The position numbers and the translations under genes were made by a program. Source: the human T2T-CHM13v2.0 reference genome, Homo sapiens. Taken from it: 64,000 nucleotides of DNA. Below, piece by piece: positions 35,731 to 64,000 of the stretch (the stretch's first letter is position 1; each line of letters opens with the position of its first letter). The notes below the pieces were generated by a model. That model searched no databases. It was given only the letters and a program-made list of their open reading frames with translations, and was not told where the DNA came from. The DNA is taken from assembly GCF_009914755.1 (NCBI RefSeq), contig NC_060925.1. One strand, given 5' to 3'.

Positions 35731-35850
35731 GGCATTTCCAGTAGTAATAAATGCTATAAAGCAAATAACACAGGGGCATGTGACAGAATAACTGGGGCAG
35801 GCTTCTATAAATTGATTAATCAGGGAAGAACTCTCTGACTGAGTGACTTG

Positions 35851-36052
35851 TAGTGGTAGGCTGGTAAATATTTAGCAACTGACTCCAAAACAAAAGCCCT
35901 GATTTATAGCTTTTGCCTATTTCCATGGTGTAAATATTCCCACCATGGCCAATTCGAAGTTACTGGCATAACATAACTGAATAGGGAGTTGGAAAGAGAT
36001 GCACACACCTGGCTCTCACAAGCCAATGCAAGCCAGCTCCAACACACCACTG
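35851..36052 (-). mobile_element. MER63A-like hAT-Blackjack element
   Basis: Terminal inverted repeats TAGTGGTAGGCTGG / CCAACACACCACTG. Confidence 0.75.
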
Positions 36053-36344
36053 CACTTGTATGGAATGAGAGAGCTCCATACAGGATTCTTGAGTGAATCA
36101 CTAGAATGTAAACTCGATGAGAATGGGATTTCCTGTGTCCTCAGCACCTAGAATATTTCCTGGTGTATTACATTTGCTTAGTAAATACTTCTTGAATGAC
36201 TGAATGACTGAATACATACATAAGTGTAGGAATTTCTTCATTCACTTTTACCCAAGTGAGTACCTAGCTTATTTGCCACCTGGAATGGATAATTTTTTTA
36301 CTGTCCCTCTTTTTCATATGACAAAATCATTTTCAGTAAAATCA

Positions 36345-36721
<377 letters not shown>

Positions 36722-37969
36722 CTATATAAATAAATAAATGCCAATATAAATGAATATTACAATACAAAAAGGAAAAGAGTAATTAATGAATAATTTTAAT
36801 TACCTTAATGTGTTTTTTGAAAAAAGGAAAAAACCTACTTATTTTGTTCTGTAATGGTAATTAATATTACAATTATGATTTTTGAGCCTTAACTTCTGCA
36901 AATTTGTCAATGACTGTGTCTAAATTTATCTTTTTTGCAGCCTTATGTTCAATAGACAGTACAGACAGATTTTTCTTTTTCTTTTTGTGGGGGATTTTCT
37001 AGTAAAAAATGGAAAACCTGCTAGACAAATTCTTAAAAAGCTATAACACAGATAAATTTTTCTATCTTCACTCAGAGTTGATTGAAAAACCCATTTTATT
37101 AATTTCAAATTTAAAAAGGTTGTTTCACATGAAGCAACATACATACAAATACTTAGGAAAAGTCTTAAACATAGGAAAATTTGTCAAAGACTCGTAAAAA
37201 CCCCATCTCACAAATTCCAGAGATTAAAATTCTGTCCATGTATTTATTCATTGGAACTTATTCAAGTAACTTTCAAATGTCTCCTCAGTTAAAAAAATTC
37301 CATTAAAATATATTTACCAGAAAATTTATCAAGTATTTATGTCATATTTGGTTCAAATAAAAGGGTTTCACTTCTCCTGCAAAAATCAGAAGTTTGCTAA
37401 ATCATGATGAACATTAACATTATTTGATCCATTTGTTTAGAATGAGTGTCCAGACCTCTGTGAAAACAATTTAGTCGTAAAAACATTATCATTTTTATTT
37501 CTTCTGGTAGTGTAAGACCGACATCTTTTTTTATTATTATTTTTGAGACAGAGTCTCGCTCTGTTGCCCAGGCTGGAGTGCAGTGGCATGATCTCAGCAA
37601 CTCAACCCAGGAGGCTGAGAGTGCAACCTCTGCCTCCTGGGTTCAAGTGATTCTCCCACTTCAGCCTCCTGAGTAGCTGGTACTACAGGTGTGCACCACC
37701 ACGCCTGGCTAATTTTTGTATTTTCAGTAGAGATGGAGTTTCACCATGTTGGCTGGCTCTTCTTGAACTCCTGGCCTCAAATGATCCATCCGCCTTGGCC
37801 TCCCATGGTGATGGGATTACAGGCGTGAGCAGCATCTTTTGTTGTTTCTCTCAGTATTCCTCTTTGGGCTTCTTTTTTCTATGCAAATATCCATTTCCTT
37901 GCCTTTTATTGTTCCATAATTAATGCCCACCTCCATAATTTTGTATAGCAGTTGAAAGTTATTAATTTT

Positions 37970-43320
<5,351 letters not shown>

Positions 43321-43460
43321 TCCTGCCCAATCGACAATTCTTTTTATTGTGGCAAAATACACACAACACAAAACTTGCCATTGTAACCATTTTAAAGTGT
43401 GCAGTTCAGTGGCATTTGGTACTTTCACAATGTTGTGCAACCCTCATCACTATCTAGTTC

Positions 43461-43901
43461 TGGAACCGACCCATTAGTCCCATAGATAGTTTTATTGCAT
43501 AAACAGGAATTGACCCTTCTGGTCTTAAGGCTTGAAACTTAACATTTGTTTTATCTGAGTTTCTTCACGAGGAAATAACTTTCAGGCCTCTCAAAAAAAA
43601 AAGTATCAAAGAATAAAAACTCACCATATCACCACATTCCAACAATAAGATGCCAGACCCCTCATTCATCATGTTTGCTTCCTTGCCCCTCCCCAGTTTC
43701 TGTTTTCTTACACATCATTACATTTCTCCCCTGCTATATAAATCCTTAGTTTTAGTCAGTCAGGGAGTTGGATTTGATACTGAGTTCCCATCTTCTCAGC
43801 CGCAGCACCTGATTAAAGCCTTGTCCTTCGTTTTCTCAGTCATTGGCTTTCTGTGCTGTGAGCAGCAGGACCTAGACAGAACCCCTGGTGTTTCAGTAAC
43901 A
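43461..43901 (+). mobile_element. ERV solo LTR (LTR47-like)
   Basis: TG...CA ends, TATA at ~43735, ATTAAA at ~43812, 4-bp TSD GTTC. Confidence 0.75.
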
Positions 43902-44313
43902 GTTCCAGAACATTTTGATCCCCCGAAAAGGAAACCCTGTGCTTAAGCAGTTATCGTAAATGGAATCACATAATACGTGGCCTTTTGTGTCTGGCTTCTT
44001 TCAATCAGTGTAATGTTTTCAAAGCTCATCCATGTTTTAACATGTATCAGTGCTTCATTTCTTTTTATGGCTGAATAACATTTCACTATATTGATATACC
44101 ACATTTTAAAATCCATTCATTTGTTGATGGATGCTTGGGTTATTTCCATCTTTTGGCTATTGTGTATGGTGCTGCTATGAACATTTGTGTAGAAGTTGTT
44201 GTGTGAATATTTGTTTTCTATTCTTTCAGGTATATATTTAGGTTGGAAATGCTGGTGAATATGGTAATTACATTTAACTTTTTGAGGTACAGCTAAACTA
44301 TTTTCCACAGTGA

Positions 44314-44841
44314 AAAACATTGGCAACTAATGTATCTGATAAGAATCTAGTATCCAGAATATGTAAAGAACTTTTTCAACTCAACAATAGAAAGACAATC
44401 TTATTAATATACAGGCAAAGGACTTGAATAAACATTTCTCCAAAGAAGATAAACAAATGGCCAACAAGTACATGACAAGATCAACATTGGTCATTAGGGA
44501 AATGCAAATCAAAATATCATTTAACATCCTCACTAGCAATGTATAAGCGTTCCAATTTCTCCACATCCTTGTCAACACTTGTTATTTTTAATTTTTTAGG
44601 ATAGCCAATCTAATGGATGTGAAGTGGTATCTCATTGTGGTTTTGATTTGCATTTCCCTTATGACCAATGTTGATCTTGTCATGTACTTGTTGGCCATTT
44701 GTTTATCTTCTTCGGAGAAATGTTTATTCAAGTCCTTTGCATGTATATTAATAAGATTGTCTTTCTATTGTTGAGTTGAAAAAGTTCTTTACATATTCTG
44801 GATACTAGATTCTTATCAGATACATTAGTTGCCAATGTTTT
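44314..44841. repeat. Inverted repeat with 201-bp arms (44314-44514 / 44641-44841) and a 126-bp spacer
   Basis: Arms are reverse complements with 3 mismatches by manual alignment. Confidence 0.95.
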
Positions 44842-45515
44842 CTCCCATTCTGTGGGTTATCTTTTCACTTTCTTAATAGTGTTGTCTGATGTATAACAGC
44901 TTTTAATTTTGATGATGTCTAATTTACCTATTTTTTTCTTTTGTTGCTGGGTTTTTGGCATCTTGTCTAGGAGACAATTGCCAAATCCATGTGACAATTG
45001 TAAAGCTTACTATTTTACTGTACATTTTTCAAGGCCAAGTCCCACTGTTTGCAAATATTTTGTCTTAGAAACTTCATCTAAAACTTCACCCTGGAAAAAA
45101 AGATGACTTGGAAAAGAAAAATCACATACAACCATATTCTCTTTCATTTTAAATCTATTGTTTAAACGCAATCTGTAGTAACACAAGGCTTAGAGACACA
45201 AACTGTGACCACAGTGATCTTGAAGGAACTCAAACTGTTCTGAATCAGTAAGAACTTGCCCTCTAAATAAGCATATGTAGCTCAGTCAAAGTGTCTTAGA
45301 GACCAACTGCATAGTAAGATTCCCAAATTAATTTTTGTATAGAATACAGTGTTTATTAAGGATAAGTTATAAAATGTGCTAACTTGATTTATATTTAAGA
45401 GCATCCATAGCAATTATTTCAACTTAGAAACAGTTGAAAGATTTTTTTTCAGGAGTGTTTTGTGACTGATATTGTTCAGAGTTGCATGAGCATGATGATA
45501 ATAAAAAGTGATTGA

Positions 45516-48692
<3,177 letters not shown>

Positions 48693-48894
48693 GATGGAGA
48701 ATCTATACAGTTTTATATCACCACCACTCCCCTCAAAATGCGCTGAATTTGGTCAAAAACCGTTACTTCTCCCCTTCGCCTGGATTCTGAATGGTAGCAT
48801 TCAGGTGTCGAGTGGTTGGAGTGTCCTAACTTTGACCACCATCGAGTGCTGTCCTTTCCTTGGGTGCTAACCCACTGCTTCTCCTGGTTCCCAG

Positions 48895-48987
48895 GCACCC
48901 CAGCCTGCTGTCCATGTGCAGGCCAGGAACCCCTGACTGCCTCCATGCTGGCGGCAGCACTTTCCCAAGAACAGAAGCAGGTGCTGA
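48895..48987 (+). pseudogene. PABPC4-like pseudo-exon (start of the MLLE/PABC domain)
   Basis: APQPAVHVQ(1-nt deletion)GQEPLTASMLAAALSQEQKQVL; CTAAC branch point, pyrimidine tract, cccag| acceptor and |gtgagt donor all intact. Confidence 0.92.
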
Positions 48988-49098
48988 GTGAGTGACCCAC
49001 GCGCCTACGAAAGAAGAGAGGGCCAGAAGCTGGTGCTGACGCAGACACCAAGGTTACTGAGATTCCGTTTGGTTTTTTATGAACTATCTTCCCCACAG

Positions 49099-49153
49099 GA
49101 GACATTTGTTCCTCCTTATCCAAACAATGCATTCAAACTTGGCTGTAAAGATT
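49099..49153 (+). pseudogene. PABPC4-like pseudo-exon (MLLE domain), 3'-truncated at a MER21 LTR
   Basis: ccacag| then (E)HLFLLIQTMHSNLAVKI, against PABPC4 ERLFPLIQTMHSNLAGKI; follows a 111-nt GT-AG intron (48988-49098). Confidence 0.9.
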
Positions 49154-49628
49154 GTAGGAAGAGATGCACAGGGCAAGGTGGGAATGGAGAGGGGCTGGTG
49201 AGCTTCCATGCCCTCTCTAGGCATGCTGTGTTCCAAGCACATCAATGTATTCACCAACCTGGAAACTCCCCAAACCGCATTTAGAGTGTTTATATGAGGT
49301 TTCATTACCTAGGCATGGCTGATTAAACCACTGGGTGTTGGTGATTGAACCCAATTTCCAACCCCCTCCTCTCCTCAGAGGTTGGAGGCGGGAGCTGGAA
49401 GTCCCAACCCTCTAATCACATGGTTGGTTTCTCTGATGACCAACCCCCATCCTGAAGCGAGCTAGGGGTTCTACCTTGAGTCATCTGCTTAGCACAAACT
49501 TAGGTAGGGTCAAAATGGGCTCATTATGAATAACAAAAGACACAGCACTCAGGATATTCCAATGATTTTAGAAGCTCTGTGCCAGGAACTAGGACAAAGA
49601 CCAAGTATCTATTTTTTATTATACCACA
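49154..49628 (-). mobile_element. MER21-like LTR fragment
   Basis: GAGCTTCCATGCCCTCTCTAGG...CCAACCCTCTAATCACATGGTTGG...ATTATACCACA. Confidence 0.8.
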
Positions 49629-50141
49629 CCACATAAAGGACGCCTGGTCAGATTCTTCCTGAGAGTGACCTTTTGTTTTGGAATAGTGACGGGTACACAA
49701 AGAGCTCTCCTAATCAGATCTCACAGCCTCATTCCTATAAGTATCAACTCCCTGGTTTGGCATGAGGTTGGTAAGGTCAGCTGTGTGCGCAGCCACTGCT
49801 TAGCTCTGGGAATACAATGGGTACAGGCCGTGGTGTCAAATACCTTCATCTACTGGGAGAGAGAGACATACCTGACTATAGTTATAGGGTGTATTCCAAT
49901 TGACTTCTGAACTTGGGGACTATGGACTTTGTCTATAGGGGATTTGGGTGAGTGAAGCTTAACTAGGACCTCTGACAAGGACTGGTGGGTGCCTCCAGAT
50001 GGAGAAAAGAAAGAACTCAATGAGCAAAAGCAGAGGCAAGGAAAAAGAGCCCATGGTAAGTAGGTGAGGAACTGATGTGGAGGTCAGGGTTGACTTGAGG
50101 TAGGCATGGACCCCTTGTCAAGGACCTTGTTAGCAGCATCA

Positions 50142-50513
<372 letters not shown>

Positions 50514-50976
50514 TCACCCTGGACAAGTGGATTGGAGGAACAGAGCCACTATCAACTCTTCCTTAGTCTACTACATTAACTTCCTGGTCTCCTGGGTTCC
50601 AATCAACCCATCCTGGGCCTAGTGTCAGAGCACTGTCTAAAATGATGTGAGCATGTAACTCTCCTGTTGTAACTTCAGCAGCTTCTCAAAGCTCCCAAAT
50701 CTTCCAGAAGGCTTACAGCACCCTCATGATGTGGCCCTCTGCCTACCTTTCCCACCTGATATGCCCTCCACCCCACCATCCCAGGCTCTGGTCTTTTAGT
50801 TCCTTGAGTGTGCGGAAGCTGCCTCCTCCTCTCTCTGGCTCCTTTTCCTTCAGAATTCAGCTTAAATGTCACCTCAGGAAGGTCTTAACCCCCTGCTCCA
50901 TATAAAATAGATGGTCCCATTATTTCCTACCACTATGTCAACCTGTAATTTATATATTAGTGGGTTTAGTCCAAGA

Positions 50977-51386
50977 TGTTACTCTAAACTGCACCATTTT
51001 GTAAGCTCCCTGCTATTCTGCAGACCTTGGTCAAAGTGAAACATTTCACAGGGGTTTGGGCTGTGAGAAACATCCTGCCTAACCACCCGACCACAAGGCA
51101 GACAAAGGCCCAACTAAAGAAACATCCCTCTCATATCTTCCTGGGCAAAGGTCCAAGGGACACCATGATGACATCCCACTGGAACAAGGGCCAAACCGCC
51201 TCATCATGAGAACATCTTTATATCAATATCCTGCTAGGCAGCAACCCATACTGCCCAGACCCCTACCGCCCATACCTATAAATTGCCCAGTCTGTAAGCA
51301 GTGGTGGGCACTGGCATTAGGCTGGTTCCCCACTTCTGTAGGTTATTATGCTGGACATAAAGCCTGCGTTTGCTGTCGAGCCGCCC

Positions 51387-51436
<50 letters not shown>

Positions 51437-51472
51437 TTTCTTTAACCCTTGCCTTCTTTTCAAAACCTAACA
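50977..51472 (+). mobile_element. ERV1 solo LTR, MER48/LTR21-like, containing (TG)~21 at 51393-51435
   Basis: TGTTACTCTAAACTGCACCATTTTGTAAG...TATAAA ~51277...CCTAACA. Confidence 0.75.
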
Positions 51473-51474
51473 CG

Positions 51475-52090
<616 letters not shown>

Positions 52091-52342
52091 CATAATAATC
52101 GGGTTGATTCGGCCAAGGTTTCCCTCCCCCAACACGGTGCGCACTGGGAAGCGCGAGGACCACGTCCCTTGGTTTACCACTGCGCACCTCACATGGCGCC
52201 CAGTGCATCCGGGTAGCGGGATGCCGGTTGGACCAACGCGAGGGTGGGCGGGGTCTAAGAGCTAAGCGTTGGGGGCGGGGCGGGACAGTGGGGAAGAGGA
52301 CGGGTCGAGTGCTGGCTTCCGGCGGAAAAGCGCGCGAGCAAG

Positions 52343-62528
<10,186 letters not shown>

Positions 62529-63291
62529 GTAGGAGCCAGTTGGCATGTGGTGACGAGGGAGGCTGGGCAAGGGTGGGATGGCCAGGCAGGATGGAAGGAC
62601 AGGTTGTAGTTCTGGCTGGCGGACACTAAGAGTCTGGAGGAGACCCAGCCACCAGACATAGGAGAACCATGCAGCCTTGCTAGGGTGGAGTTGGCTTGTT
62701 GACATTCAGGTGCTGTTCATCCCCCAACCGTGTCCACAATTCCTATTAGCCCCGCTTGGATTCTGTGGTCTGCTGTTGCAGGCTCTTATGCTCTCAACCC
62801 CACTGCTCTCCCTGCCCTCACCATCAGATTTACTCAGTAAAATCTCGGTGGTTAGTCCCCCAGCAACTAGAGAAAAAACACAGAATTGTACTGAACAATC
62901 CCACTTGAAATTTATAACTATAGTTCTTAAGGGGACCCTTGCCAGCCTGACCAGATTTCCCTACTTGATGCTCAGTCCCAACCGGAGATGATGTGTCCAT
63001 GCCCGTCTTCACTTCTGAAGCCCTCATATCATCACCTTCCCACCTCATCTAATGCTTCACCTCCTGCATCTCTCCACTCGTGCATGCTCTTTCTTCCAAT
63101 TACAGGGGATGAGCTGTCTCTCCTAGGCCAGCCTCTCCACCTGTGGACTGGATCCTGTCCCTCTCCTCTACTTAGGAACATGGCTTCTAAAGTTGTCCCC
63201 TTCTTGTAATCCATTTCCCCTGCTCTGCTAGATCAGTCCATTAGCATGAAAGCATGCAGTTATCAACCTTTAAAAAAAATCTTCATCCGGT

Positions 63292-63592
<301 letters not shown>

Positions 63593-63855
63593 TCATCCTT
63601 GTACTCTTGTTCCCTCTCCAGCTATCACCCATGCCCCTGGTCCCCCATCTTTTTTCAAGAAGTAAAAGCATAACTTCTTGAAAACATGGTACAGACTTGC
63701 TGCCTTCGCGTTTTCTCTAATCCCTTCTAGGCAGACTTCTAGTCCCATCTCGCCATTGAAACCACTCTTGCCAAAAATACGAGTAGCCAGTTCTTGGCGA
63801 TCATCTTATCCCACCTCCCAGATGTTATCCCACCTCCCAGGAGCATTTCATACTA

Positions 63856-64000
63856 CAGGTTGAGTGTCCCTTTCCTGAAATGCTTGGGACCAGAAGTATT
63901 TTGTATTTTGGAATATTTGCATTATACTTACCAGTTGAGCATCCCAAATCTGAATATCTCAAATCTGAAATGCTCGAGTGAGCAGTTCCTTTGAGTATCA
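63856..64000 (+). mobile_element. Tigger4-like (TcMar) element, running off the window
   Basis: TA|CAGGTTGAGTGTCCC...AAATGCTTGGGACCAGAAG...CCAGTTGAGCATCCCAAATC. Confidence 0.8.

Larger units (their letters stand above)
43343..44990 (-). mobile_element. L1MB-type 3' end, containing a solo LTR and an inverted duplication
   Basis: TTTTTATTGTGGCAAAATACACACAACA...TTTTCTCCCATTCTGTGGGTT. Confidence 0.85.

Overview
Human-type (Alu-rich primate) genomic DNA that I identify as the chr1p34 HPCAL4-PPIE interval. The only intact coding sequence is PPIE (cyclophilin E/CYP33, RRM + PPIase) exons 1-8 on the + strand (52343-62528), which run off the right edge. A CpG island at ~4.6-6.3 kb carries a minus-strand 5' exon that I assign to HPCAL4 by remembered gene order, not by coding sequence. 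The 47 kb between the genes is mostly nested retroelements and DNA transposon fossils. It also holds two gene relics. One is a full-length CCDC25 retrocopy that lacks exactly one 52-nt block, [14 protein letters not shown] an exon-skipped source mRNA. The other, and the most notable find, is three intron-separated PABPC4-like pseudo-exons (46755-49153) just upstream of PPIE. I read these as the decayed mirror copy of PABPC4 left by the inverted BMP8A/BMP8B duplication. Other observations: a 201-bp near-perfect inverted duplication inside an old L1, an internally deleted two-LTR ERVL provirus, a probable Alu-Alu gene conversion, and a divergent CTCF pair. Repeat subfamily names and reference protein sequences are from memory and need database confirmation.
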